The translations under genes and the position numbers were made by a program. The notes beneath the pieces are model-generated. The model made no database searches, had not been told where the DNA came from, and saw nothing but the letters and a program-made list of their open reading frames with translations. From positions 1-34,463 of IMG/VR virus record IMGVR_UViG_3300032290_000392: a stretch of DNA of 34,463 nucleotides; one strand, written 5' to 3'. This document shows, piece after piece, positions 8,176 to 17,481 of the stretch. The stretch's first letter is position 1. Each line of letters opens with the position of its first letter. This DNA is from a virus (Duplodnaviria > Caudoviricetes).

Positions 8176-9009
8176 ATGCCTGAAGCAATCACCATCACCC
8201 AAAGCGAAAGCCCAGCACTGTCGACCGAGAACGAGGAGATGCTTGCCGCCATGGCAGGCGAGGACAGCAAAGAGGGCGAGCTACTTGCTGGCAAGTACAA
8301 GTCTGTCGAGGACTTGGAGAAGGCCTACAAGGAGTTGCAGACCAAGCTCAGCCGTGGCGAGTCAGTCGACCCGGCACCTGAGGAGTCCGACGACGACGCC
8401 GAGTCCGAGTCCGACGACGAGGAGCAGGACGACAAGCCTGCCGGCAACGCCCGTGAGCTGTACGGGGACTTGATTGGCGGCAAGCTCGAGGAAGCGCAGA
8501 TTGACTTCCAGGACATGAACGTCCGCTGGCAACAGACGGGCACCTTGGAAGCCGGGGACTATGAGCAGCTGGCAGAAGCCGGCTTCAACCGGGACATGGT
8601 CGATGCGTACCTGTCTGGCCTGCAGTACAAGCAGGCCCAAGACACAGCGCTGTCGGTCAAGGAGGTGGCTTCGATCAAGGAATCGCTTGGCGGTGAGGCT
8701 GAATACAACAAGATGATCGAGTGGGCAGGCGCCAACCTGTCGGCCGACGAGATCGAGGGCTTCAACCAGATCATCAATACCCAGCCCATGGCTGCGGTGA
8801 AGATGGCCATCACTGGTCTCCATGCCCGGTACTCAGCCGTCGAGGGCCGTGAGCCCAAGCTCATTGGTGGCCGTGCCCCCAAAGGCAGCACCGACAAGTT
8901 CGAGAGCACGGCCCAGCTGGTGGCCGCCATGTCGGACCCCAAGTACAGCACCGATCCTGCGTACCAGAAGAAGGTGCAAGAGAAGCTCAGTCGATCAAGT
9001 ATCTTTTAG
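8176..9009 (+). CDS. Capsid assembly scaffolding protein (T7 gp9-like)
   Basis: Acidic; LLAGKYKSVEDLEKAYKELQ; GGEAEYNKMIEWA; AMSDPKY..DPAYQKKV. Confidence 0.93.
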   Translation: MPEAITITQSESPALSTENEEMLAAMAGEDSKEGELLAGKYKSVEDLEKAYKELQTKLSRGESVDPAPEESDDDAESESDDEEQDDKPAGNARELYGDLIGGKLEEAQIDFQDMNVRWQQTGTLEAGDYEQLAEAGFNRDMVDAYLSGLQYKQAQDTALSVKEVASIKESLGGEAEYNKMIEWAGANLSADEIEGFNQIINTQPMAAVKMAITGLHARYSAVEGREPKLIGGRAPKGSTDKFESTAQLVAAMSDPKYSTDPAYQKKVQEKLSRSSIF

Positions 9010-9024
9010 TCGGTGCGTTTGTTC

Positions 9025-9054
9025 AGAGCCTCCCGCCCATCGGGGGGCTTTTTT
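9025..9054 (+). terminator. Intrinsic terminator after scaffold gene
   Basis: GAGCCTCCCG-cccat-CGGGGGGCTT stem (with G-U pairs) followed by a T run. Confidence 0.75.
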
Positions 9055-9064
9055 CATGGCGCTT

Positions 9065-9081
9065 GCATACATTTGTACACT
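9065..9081 (+). promoter_or_regulatory. Candidate capsid promoter/operator (GCATACATTTGTAC plus -10-like TACACT)
   Basis: 12/14 identical to the reverse complement of 34166-34179; dyad TACA-TT-TGTA; lies just after the terminator. Confidence 0.5.
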
Positions 9082-9194
9082 GATTGCACCTAGACCCACT
9101 CACAGAAGCGACGGCCCACTGCGGTGGACACCCGCTCGTGAACGGGAGCCCGGCGTCGGGGTAACCCCCAACCCTTTCCCCTAGGAGCCCAGCA

Positions 9195-10178
9195 ATGGCA
9201 GCCCCCGATTTTACCGCTTCACGCTTAGGCCTTGTTAACGCTGCAGGTGGCGGCACCTGGGCCGGTGACAACGCCCTGTTCCTTCAGGTCTGGGCCGGTG
9301 AAGTTCTCACCGCGTTCCGCAAGGCCACCATCTTTGAACCCCTGCACACCGTTCGGACCATTGCCTCTGGCAAGTCCGCCTCGTTCCCCATCGTTGGCCT
9401 GAACTCCGCTGCGTACCACACCCCCGGCACCATGCTGACGGGTACCGCAGTGAAGAACGCTGAGGCCGTCGTCAAGATCGACGACAAGCTCGTCTCCAAC
9501 GTGTTCATCGCCGACATCGACGAGGCCAAGAACCACTGGGATGTTCGGAGCCCGTACTCCGCTGAGATGGGCAACGCCCTGGCTTATCGCTTCGACCAAA
9601 ACATCGCAGCGACCATTGCCAAGGCAGCTCGTACCGCCACCAACTTCAACACCGATCTGCCCGGCGGCACCCGGATCAAGATCGTTGCTGCTAGCAAGAC
9701 CGCCATCACTGGTTCTCAGCTGGCTGCTGCTCTGTTCTCTGCTGCCCAGCGGATGGACGAGAACAACCTGCCCGAGATGGATCGCTACTGCGTGCTGGCC
9801 CCTGCTGAGTACTACAAACTCGTGCAGACCACCGACGTGATCAACCGGGATTGGGGCGGTGCTGGTGCTTACGCCGACGGCTCCGTGCTGAAGGTCGCTG
9901 GCATCACCATCCTGAAGTCGAACCAGCTTCCCACCACCAACCGCTCTGCGGCTACCGGTGAGAACAACGACTACGCCGCCAACTTCACCGACTCCGTCGC
10001 CCTTGCTTTCAACAAGCAAGCCGTCGGCACCGTGAAGCTGATGGATCTCAAGATGGAGCAAACCGGCTCCGACGTGCACGCTCTGTGGCAAGGCACCTTC
10101 ATGGTTGCCTCCATGGCACTGGGCACTGCGGTCCTTCGTCCCGATTGCGCAATCGAGATCTATACCGCTACCAGCTGA
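9195..10178 (+). CDS. Major capsid protein (T7 gp10-like)
   Basis: ALFLQVWAGEVLTAF, RTIASGKSASFP, IDDKLVS..FIADIDEA..HWDVRSPYS, LRPDCAIE; SD AGGAG at 9183-9187. Confidence 0.97.
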   Translation: MAAPDFTASRLGLVNAAGGGTWAGDNALFLQVWAGEVLTAFRKATIFEPLHTVRTIASGKSASFPIVGLNSAAYHTPGTMLTGTAVKNAEAVVKIDDKLVSNVFIADIDEAKNHWDVRSPYSAEMGNALAYRFDQNIAATIAKAARTATNFNTDLPGGTRIKIVAASKTAITGSQLAAALFSAAQRMDENNLPEMDRYCVLAPAEYYKLVQTTDVINRDWGGAGAYADGSVLKVAGITILKSNQLPTTNRSAATGENNDYAANFTDSVALAFNKQAVGTVKLMDLKMEQTGSDVHALWQGTFMVASMALGTAVLRPDCAIEIYTATS

Positions 10179-10191
10179 TCGCGGCCAATAT

Positions 10192-10218
10192 GGGGGGAGC
10201 TTCGGTTCCCCCCTTTTT
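10192..10218 (+). terminator. T-phi-like terminator after capsid gene
   Basis: GGGGGGAGC-TTCG-GTTCCCCCC-TTTTT; cUUCGg tetraloop. Confidence 0.9.
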
Positions 10219-10233
10219 CTTTGGGCTTTTGCC

Positions 10234-10842
10234 ATGACGCTTGCACGCACCACGTTTCTCGAAGCCGTGAACTCGGTGCTGCAGATGCTGGGTGAGGCGC
10301 CAGTCAATAGCCTTGATGGGCAGTTCGGTCTGGCCCAGCAAGCGCAGGACATGCTGAACGACACCAGCCGCAGGGTTCAAGCAGAGGGCTGGTCATTCAA
10401 CATGGACTACGAACGCCTGCTGATGCGGGACTCAACGACCAACGAGATCAGCGTTGGCTCTAATGTCAGCCGGGTCAAGGTTGATCCATACAATTACCCA
10501 GACATCGACGTCGTCCAGCGTGGGTCCAGGTTGTACGACCGGCGGGCTGGCAGCTACGAGTTCGAGGAAGATCTGCGTGCCGACGTCACGTACATGCTGG
10601 ATTGGGAGGAGTTGCCGGAATACGCCCACCAGTACGTCATGGTCAAGGCTGGTCGGTCGTTGCAAGAAGCGATCCTGGGATCAGCGGACCTGTCGCGCAT
10701 CAATGCTTCTGCTGAGGCTGAGGCCCGCAGCTTGTTTCTTGAGGAGGAAACCACCCGAGGCGAGCACAACGTGCTGCGTGGCAATCCCAACCACACGGAT
10801 GTTTTCATGACGTACAAGCCAGCCTGGACCTTGCGCCGCTAA
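10234..10842 (+). CDS. Tail tubular protein A (T7 gp11-like)
   Basis: LEAVNSVLQMLGEAPVNSL...VQAEGWSFN...RGSRLYD; ATG at 10234, downstream of the terminator. Confidence 0.93.
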   Translation: MTLARTTFLEAVNSVLQMLGEAPVNSLDGQFGLAQQAQDMLNDTSRRVQAEGWSFNMDYERLLMRDSTTNEISVGSNVSRVKVDPYNYPDIDVVQRGSRLYDRRAGSYEFEEDLRADVTYMLDWEELPEYAHQYVMVKAGRSLQEAILGSADLSRINASAEAEARSLFLEEETTRGEHNVLRGNPNHTDVFMTYKPAWTLRR

Positions 10843-10845
10843 GCC

Positions 10846-13473
10846 ATGCCACTGATCAGTAGCTCCATTCCGAACCTGATCAATGGGGTCAGCCAGCAAC
10901 CTGCTGCCCTGAGGCTGGCGTCTCAATGCGAGCAGATGGTCAACTGCATGCCCAGCCCGGTGGAGGGGCTGAAGAAGCGGCCGTCGGCACAGCACTTGGC
11001 CAAGTTGTTCTCTGGCTCAGCTGGCACCAGTCGTCCGTTCACAACCATCGTGGATCGGGACGGGACCATCAAGTACCTGGTCCTGATTCAAGACGGCGCC
11101 ATCAAAGTCTTTGGCTTGGATGGTTCCACTAAGACTGTCAGCACCCCAGACGGCACGTCGTACCTGGACGTGGCAGGGGAGCCCAGCTCCACGTTCCGCA
11201 CGGCGTCGGTGGCGGACTATATGTTCATTGTCAACCGAGAGAAGACAGCGGCCATGGCGGCCACGACGTCACCCACCTGGGGCACCAAGTCCATGGTGTT
11301 CATTAAGTCGGCCGAATACGCCACCACGTACAGCATCACCGTCGACGCCACCACGGTCTCGTACACGACCTTGCCAGCTGGCGGCAAGCGGTTGTCGGCC
11401 AGCTACAGCAGGAGCTCCAACACGGTCACGGTGACAGCCACGGACCACGGCCTGGCCACTGGCGACCAAGTGGACATGAGTTTCCAGAGTGGCGCCGGCA
11501 CAGCTGGCACCTTCACAATCACGGTGACAGGGGCCAGCACGTTCACGTACACGGACCCCGTTGGTGGCACGACGTCGGGCAACTGCACCGTCGTGCATGA
11601 GCCGAACTACAGCCCGAGCACCGTCGAGATTGCAGCAGCGCTAAGGGATGGCCTGGCCACAGCTCTCCCCACTGGCTGGACTTTCACCAACGGCGCGGGT
11701 CATTACGTCGTGCGAATCACCAAGGACGACGGCACCGACTACACGCTGAGCTCCACTGACACCAAGACCGGTCTGGCTTCCATCGCCATCAAAGGGTCCA
11801 TCGATGCCATCAGTGACCTGCCGATTACTGCTGAGCATGGGTTCATTGTCAAAGTCATTGGTGCTGCGGCCACTGGGGCTGACGATTACTACGTGAAGTT
11901 CGTGGCTAATGAAGGCTCCGGCTTTGGCCACGGCGTCTGGCAGGAGACCGTGGGCCCCGGCATCCCGTACCTGTTTGATGCGGCAACCATGCCGCACGTG
12001 TTGATCCGCAACAACGACGGGACGTTCACGTTTCAGAAGTTCTCCTGGTCTGGCCGGGTAGCGGGTGACAACATCACCGCAAAGGAGCCCAGCTTCGTTG
12101 GTTCCAGGATTCAAAACGTCAACTTGTTCCGTAACAGGCTGGTGTTTTTGGCTGACGAGAACGTCATCACATCTGCCGCTGATGCCTACGACAGGTTCTG
12201 GCCCGAATCCGTGCAGACCGTCGTTGACTCAGATCCCATCGACCTCAGTGCCGGCAGCCGCAAGATCAATTTCCTGATGTCGAGCCTGGCCTTTGCTGAC
12301 GTGTTGCTGGTGTTCAGCCGCAACGGCCAGTTCCGCTTGAGCGGCGGCAATGCAGTTGCTGCAGCACTGACACCAAAGACAGCAACCATTACCCAGGTCA
12401 CAGCGTTTGAAATGGGCGACGTCGTGGACCCCGTGATCGTGGGTCGCACCATGTACTTCGCCGTGCCCAAGGGTGAGTACAGCGGGCTTCGGGAGTTCTT
12501 CTTGCCCGATGCGTCAGGCCCGGTGCCCACATCAGAGGAGGTGACGTCGTCGGTGCCACGGTTCCTGCCAACCAACCTTTGCAACTTGGTGGCTACGGCC
12601 GCGGAAGAAGCGGTCTATGCCGTGTCTAAAGACCAGCCCGGGCGGATCTACACCTACAAGTTCCTGTTCCAAGGGGACAACAAGCTGCAAAGCGCCTGGG
12701 GGTACTGGGAGGCCGGGTCCACCAAATCAATCATTGGCATCGACATCGTGGACACCGACCTGTACCTGGTTGTCGAATACCCGGATGGCGTTTACCTGGA
12801 GCGCGTCCGCACCACGGCTGAAGCCGCCGACGCCGGGTCCTCGGTTGAGTTGTTGGTGGATCGCAAAATCAGTGAGACCAGTTGCGTCACGACGATCCTG
12901 CCAGGCTCCGGCATCGAGCGACAGTCCGTCGTCAAGCTGCCGTACATCCCAGCCCCATCCAGCACCATGGTGGTCGTTGGCCGAGAGGTCGCCGATAACG
13001 ACCTGGCTCACGGCCACATTGTTTTTCCGACAGTCGTGGAGGGCGACGAGCTGACAGTCAGGGGTGACCTGACGAACTCCAAGTTCTACGTGGGAGAGCT
13101 GTACGACATGCTGTACGAGTTCAGCACCCAGTACCTGAAAGAGCAGCCCCCTGGTGGTGGCATGGCTGTGATTGCTGGGCCCAAACTGCAGCTCCGCACC
13201 TGGACCATGCTGTTCGACAAGTCGTCGTCGTTCAGCGTCAAGGTCACTCCCCGTGGCCGGGACACCATGACGTACCCGTACACCGGGTTCGAAGTTGGGG
13301 ACCAGGAGGTGGCCTTGGGCGAGCTGGCCCTCCGCAGCTCCAAATTCCGGGTGCCGGTGATGGCCCAGAACATCGACGCCAAGATCGAGATCGTCAGCTC
13401 GTCACCGCTGCCCTGTCGGCTCCAGTCAGCAGAATGGGAAGGCTGGTACCACACCCGAGCTGCACGCCTGTGA
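10846..13473 (+). CDS. Tail tubular protein B / nozzle (T7 gp12-like)
   Basis: IPNLINGVSQQP, GLKKRP, PSFVG...FRNRLVFL, DSDPID, QSAW, SAEWEG. Confidence 0.95.
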   Translation: MPLISSSIPNLINGVSQQPAALRLASQCEQMVNCMPSPVEGLKKRPSAQHLAKLFSGSAGTSRPFTTIVDRDGTIKYLVLIQDGAIKVFGLDGSTKTVSTPDGTSYLDVAGEPSSTFRTASVADYMFIVNREKTAAMAATTSPTWGTKSMVFIKSAEYATTYSITVDATTVSYTTLPAGGKRLSASYSRSSNTVTVTATDHGLATGDQVDMSFQSGAGTAGTFTITVTGASTFTYTDPVGGTTSGNCTVVHEPNYSPSTVEIAAALRDGLATALPTGWTFTNGAGHYVVRITKDDGTDYTLSSTDTKTGLASIAIKGSIDAISDLPITAEHGFIVKVIGAAATGADDYYVKFVANEGSGFGHGVWQETVGPGIPYLFDAATMPHVLIRNNDGTFTFQKFSWSGRVAGDNITAKEPSFVGSRIQNVNLFRNRLVFLADENVITSAADAYDRFWPESVQTVVDSDPIDLSAGSRKINFLMSSLAFADVLLVFSRNGQFRLSGGNAVAAALTPKTATITQVTAFEMGDVVDPVIVGRTMYFAVPKGEYSGLREFFLPDASGPVPTSEEVTSSVPRFLPTNLCNLVATAAEEAVYAVSKDQPGRIYTYKFLFQGDNKLQSAWGYWEAGSTKSIIGIDIVDTDLYLVVEYPDGVYLERVRTTAEAADAGSSVELLVDRKISETSCVTTILPGSGIERQSVVKLPYIPAPSSTMVVVGREVADNDLAHGHIVFPTVVEGDELTVRGDLTNSKFYVGELYDMLYEFSTQYLKEQPPGGGMAVIAGPKLQLRTWTMLFDKSSSFSVKVTPRGRDTMTYPYTGFEVGDQEVALGELALRSSKFRVPVMAQNIDAKIEIVSSSPLPCRLQSAEWEGWYHTRAARL

Positions 13474-13937
13474 CGTCTGCGTACACCCGACCCACCAGGG
13501 TCGCCGATATTCCGTACGTGGCGGAGTTCATGCGGGAGGAGGACGTCGCAGAGGTACGTGCGTACTCAGGACACACGCCCCAGGAGTCGTTGCTCCACAG
13601 TTTCTTCACCGGGGACCCCTGCATGACCATGATTGGCAGGGACGGCAGGCCGATGGGCATGTGGGGCGTCGTGCCACAAGACAAAGGCTTGGGCACTATT
13701 TGGATGCTGTGCACTGACGACCTGGTCCGGGACCGACTCAACTCCATGCGGTTCCTGAGAGAAGCCAGGACCCACCTGGATCGAGTCCAGCTCCGCTACC
13801 AGGTCCTTTTCAATCTCGCAGATGCCCGTAACGTGGTACATATCAAATGGTTGCGGTGGATGGGGTTTACCTTCATCTCGTCGCACCCCAATTTCGGAAC
13901 AGAAGGTCGGCTGTTCCATGAGTTCGTGAGGATCTAG
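13470..13937 (+). CDS. Internal virion protein A (T7 gp13-like, GNAT-like fold)
   Basis: MREEDVAEV...IWMLCT...N.VHIKWLRWMGF; GTGA overlap with gp12 stop. Confidence 0.8.
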   Translation: MTSAYTRPTRVADIPYVAEFMREEDVAEVRAYSGHTPQESLLHSFFTGDPCMTMIGRDGRPMGMWGVVPQDKGLGTIWMLCTDDLVRDRLNSMRFLREARTHLDRVQLRYQVLFNLADARNVVHIKWLRWMGFTFISSHPNFGTEGRLFHEFVRI

Positions 13938-13941
13938 AGCT

Positions 13942-14709
13942 ATGTGCGATCCGGTCTCCATCACCCTTGGCGTCCTTAGCGCTGGCCTTGGCATCGGCCA
14001 GGCGGTGACTGGTGCTCAGGCCGCTCAGGAGCAGGTCAACTACGCCAACGCCCAGGCTCAGCAACAGTTTGCGTTCCAGCAAATGCAGGCCAGCTCTGCT
14101 CGGAACTTTGAGCAGATGAAGGCCAACCAGCAAGAAGAGATGATGCGGATCAATCGCATGATGGCTGACAACTCATACAGCGATGAGATTGCACAGCTCA
14201 ACCTCAGGCTGATGCAAGAGCAGGCTGCAACCAGTCAACAGCAACAGCAGAGTGCAACGGCAGGGGCCAAGGCCCGGGGCGAAGTGCTGGCATCAGGCCG
14301 TCTTGGCAACACCGTGGACAACTTGATGGCTGACTTCTACCGACAGCAGGCCCAATACGACTTCTACAGCAGTCAGAACCTGGCGTTTACCGGCAAGCAA
14401 ATCCAGATGGAAAAGCAGGGAGCGGCTGCCCAACGCGGATCCCGGATTGCCAGCCAACAGGCGTACATCAAGCAGCCGGTACTGGATCCCTTGGAACCCA
14501 TTTACCAGTCCAAGCCCAGCATGTTGCCGTTCATTTTGCAGGGTGCAGGTGCTGTCGTCAGTGGTGTCAGCACTGGCATGAGCTCCAGCGCAGCCATTGG
14601 CAAGATCAAGGCGGCGCAACCGCCAGGGGTGCCTGCAGGTTTACCGACCAGCGGGTTCAGCGGGCAGACGCTAAAGACTTTCAACCCGGCCAACTCCTTC
14701 AAGCTGTAA
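13942..14709 (+). CDS. Internal virion protein B (T7 gp14-like)
   Basis: MCDPVS start, hydrophobic N-terminus, Gln/Ala-rich coil; synteny. Confidence 0.8.
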   Translation: MCDPVSITLGVLSAGLGIGQAVTGAQAAQEQVNYANAQAQQQFAFQQMQASSARNFEQMKANQQEEMMRINRMMADNSYSDEIAQLNLRLMQEQAATSQQQQQSATAGAKARGEVLASGRLGNTVDNLMADFYRQQAQYDFYSSQNLAFTGKQIQMEKQGAAAQRGSRIASQQAYIKQPVLDPLEPIYQSKPSMLPFILQGAGAVVSGVSTGMSSSAAIGKIKAAQPPGVPAGLPTSGFSGQTLKTFNPANSFKL

Positions 14710-14715
14710 CGACCC

Positions 14716-17478
14716 ATGGCACGTCTCTCCACCGGTCAGTCCTACGGCGATACGAATCGCAGCACAGCAGCACAACTCCTGGGCGGCATCCCGGTCGACG
14801 TGTCGGGTGGTGCCATGGCTCAAGGCTCAATCAATCAACCAGCCCTGCAGCCCCAGGCCCGGCCTGTGTCCACGTTTCAGCAGGTTGGAGCGCCAACACT
14901 GGGCGGGGCCCCCAAGTTTTTCCCGTTGCCGGATTTGCCGACACCAAGCCAGGACTTGGCGCGTCTGGCCACAGCACTTGGGAACTTCAACCCGGTCCTA
15001 ACGACCCTCGGCGAGACCTACATCCAGCAGCAGAAGAACATCGACACCAAGGCCCAGGCTGTTGGCCAGGCCGCGGCCATGCAACTGCAGCGGTCTGCAC
15101 CTGGCCAAGATTTCATCCAGGCCCGGGACAACCTGTGGCGCCAAGCCCAGGCAGGTGACGCTGGTGCTGCTGCTGCGTACCAGCAGATGCAGGCCCTGAG
15201 CCCCCTGCAACAGGCTTACGCGGCTCGGTACTCAGGCCAGGCTGTTCTTCGCGAAGACATTGCCACGGCCACCGAACGTTTCAAGAACATCACCGAGATC
15301 GGTGGCGTTCCGATCAATCAAATCGAGCCTGGCGACCCACGCATCAGTGCAGCCAAGGCGGCCCTGTATCGTCTCCCAACCAACGACCCAGCTGGCTTTG
15401 CTGAGCTGATGCCGTTGGTGGCCGCCAAGAACGGTGAGATCGACAGACTCCACATGGGCATGCGCCTCGAGCGCAAGGTCAATGAAGCGAGCTCGGCCGG
15501 CCAGGCGTCGTTGACCAGCCAGTTCATGGGTGCGGATGTCGACGTGGCCCGGACCGTCGCCGATCAAACCCAGATGCTCACTAACGCCAGGCGATTTCTT
15601 GGCGTCGAGGAGTACCAAAAGCTTGTCGGCAACTATGGAGATTGGCTGTCATCTGCTGTGCTGGCAGGAAGCATGGGCAAGGACGGCAAGGCTGACGTGC
15701 AGCGTTACCACAACCTGATGGGCAAGGCGATTGACGTCTTCACCCAGGTCCAAGCTGGCCCCAATGGAGAGCTGCTGCTCACAACACTGGGCGCCAAGGG
15801 TGGCACAGCTGCACAGCTGGCGTTGACCCAGAAAATGATGTCGCAACTGAAGACGTTCAACGAATCGGTCAACTCGTTCAATGGGGCCATCGGCGAAGAC
15901 AAAGGTGTGGACATTCTCAAGGTCACCAAGGCCGATGACCCGAGCCTGACGCCGGCGCAGCGGGATGCTGCTTTCGTGCAGGCCGACCTAATGGTTCAGT
16001 CGTTGCCAGAAGATCAGCGACAGGGTGCATGGGAAAAGGTCAACAAGGCCAGGAGCCAGGCCAACACGTCCTGGACCAAGCCCATGCAAGACAGGATCGA
16101 GCGCGAGGTGTCGTTCAGCTACGACAAGGACCCGGGCGCAGAGATTGCAAAGCTCGAGCAACTGAAGCTCAACGGCATGATCGATCCCCGGTCAGCCGAT
16201 CGGCAGATTGCCAACTACCGACAGCTGCAGTCAGCCGACATGCGGCCGTACGTGAACGCCGCCAAGCAGGCGGTGACCGACATCCTGAAGCAGGAGACGG
16301 ATTCGATGAAGTTGCCTGGGTCGGAGGGCGGCGCAATCATCACCGAGAAGGAGCGCTTGTTCTTGATCAACAGAAGCGCAGAGCTGTCCAGCAGCGTTGA
16401 GGTCCTGCGTCGTCAGTCCATGGCCGATGGCAGCGGTGCCAGTGGGTTCAGTAGCAGGCTTGGCACTTGGGTCAAAGAGCAGAAGCCACAGGCCCCCAAG
16501 CCCGCCAACCCGGACATGAAGCCCTTGATACCGCAGGGGCCAGAAGCCTGGGCCCAAAGCCTTGGCCTCCGCCAACTGGGACCCGGCAACAGGGCATCCA
16601 ATTACGAGCTTCGCCGACGAGTCGACAACGGTGTCGTGATGCCGCGGGAGCAGTACATCAAGAACTACGACCAGTACATCGAGACTGGGCGCCTGTCGGA
16701 CGCCATGAAGCTGCTGATCAAACGCAGTGGGTACGGTGCGACGCCATCTCAGTTCTTCTTCAAGCAATGGGACAAGATGTACCCGGGCGTCAAGATGAAC
16801 CCGGCCGACGTCGAGGCCTTGAAAGGGCTGGACCAACAAAAGATCAGCTTTGCCCAGCCACCTGCCGCGGCCAACCCGTATGCGCAGACGGCCATGAATA
16901 TCCAAAGCATGATCCGCAACGCATCAATGGGGGCCATGAACGCTTTCGTGCCACCAGCGGCTGCAGCCGAGCTGGCGACAATGGGCCCAGTCAGGCTTGG
17001 CACCCCTGTCGTCGGTACGCCAAAGCTCAACGCAAACGCACGGGCATGGCTGGCCGCCATTTCAGCTGGTGGCTTTGAAGGTGCCAGCTACAACACGTAT
17101 TACGGTGGCGGCTCGTTTGACAACAACCAAGGCCACCCGATGCGCGTGGTTAGACCCAGAGGTGGCATCGCAAGTTCTGCGGCTGGTCGGTATCAGTTCA
17201 TGCCTGATACCTGGACAGGCCTGCATGGCGGCAAGAACTTACCAATGACACCAGCCCGTCAGGACACAGGGGCTTACCAACTGGCACTTAATAGGGGCGT
17301 CGACTTAAACGTTGCACCTCCAACAGTTGAAAACGTTCGGAAGTTGTCACCGGTTTGGGCGGCTTTGCCTAAGAGCGCAACTGGTGGCGCCGGATATTAC
17401 AAGGGCCAAGGGGGTGCGGGATACGCAAGGTTCAGGCAGATTTGGGACAAGGAACTACGTCGTTATTCCGGTCGCTAA
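14716..17478 (+). CDS. Internal virion protein C (gp15-like) with C-terminal lambda-R-like lytic transglycosylase
   Basis: Synteny; C-terminal RAWLAAI...EG..YNTYYGG...HP...SSAAGRYQF...TPARQD...RG...WAALP matches the lambda R pattern. Confidence 0.8.
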   Translation: MARLSTGQSYGDTNRSTAAQLLGGIPVDVSGGAMAQGSINQPALQPQARPVSTFQQVGAPTLGGAPKFFPLPDLPTPSQDLARLATALGNFNPVLTTLGETYIQQQKNIDTKAQAVGQAAAMQLQRSAPGQDFIQARDNLWRQAQAGDAGAAAAYQQMQALSPLQQAYAARYSGQAVLREDIATATERFKNITEIGGVPINQIEPGDPRISAAKAALYRLPTNDPAGFAELMPLVAAKNGEIDRLHMGMRLERKVNEASSAGQASLTSQFMGADVDVARTVADQTQMLTNARRFLGVEEYQKLVGNYGDWLSSAVLAGSMGKDGKADVQRYHNLMGKAIDVFTQVQAGPNGELLLTTLGAKGGTAAQLALTQKMMSQLKTFNESVNSFNGAIGEDKGVDILKVTKADDPSLTPAQRDAAFVQADLMVQSLPEDQRQGAWEKVNKARSQANTSWTKPMQDRIEREVSFSYDKDPGAEIAKLEQLKLNGMIDPRSADRQIANYRQLQSADMRPYVNAAKQAVTDILKQETDSMKLPGSEGGAIITEKERLFLINRSAELSSSVEVLRRQSMADGSGASGFSSRLGTWVKEQKPQAPKPANPDMKPLIPQGPEAWAQSLGLRQLGPGNRASNYELRRRVDNGVVMPREQYIKNYDQYIETGRLSDAMKLLIKRSGYGATPSQFFFKQWDKMYPGVKMNPADVEALKGLDQQKISFAQPPAAANPYAQTAMNIQSMIRNASMGAMNAFVPPAAAAELATMGPVRLGTPVVGTPKLNANARAWLAAISAGGFEGASYNTYYGGGSFDNNQGHPMRVVRPRGGIASSAAGRYQFMPDTWTGLHGGKNLPMTPARQDTGAYQLALNRGVDLNVAPPTVENVRKLSPVWAALPKSATGGAGYYKGQGGAGYARFRQIWDKELRRYSGR

Positions 17479-17481
17479 GCC

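Noticed and set aside
8383-8420. GAGTCCGACGACGA repeat in the scaffold gene
   Set aside because: Ordinary slippage in an acidic low-complexity linker.
9065-9078. Shared motif as an NrdR box or NtcA site
   Set aside because: Lacks the outer C/G of the NrdR-box core, and its geometry is TAC-N4-GTA, not NtcA GTA-N8-TAC.
10105-10233. Open frame linking the capsid end to tail tube A (possible gp10B-like frameshift)
   Set aside because: Would need a +1 shift, crosses the terminator, and no slippery site is evident; ATG 10234 fits gp11.
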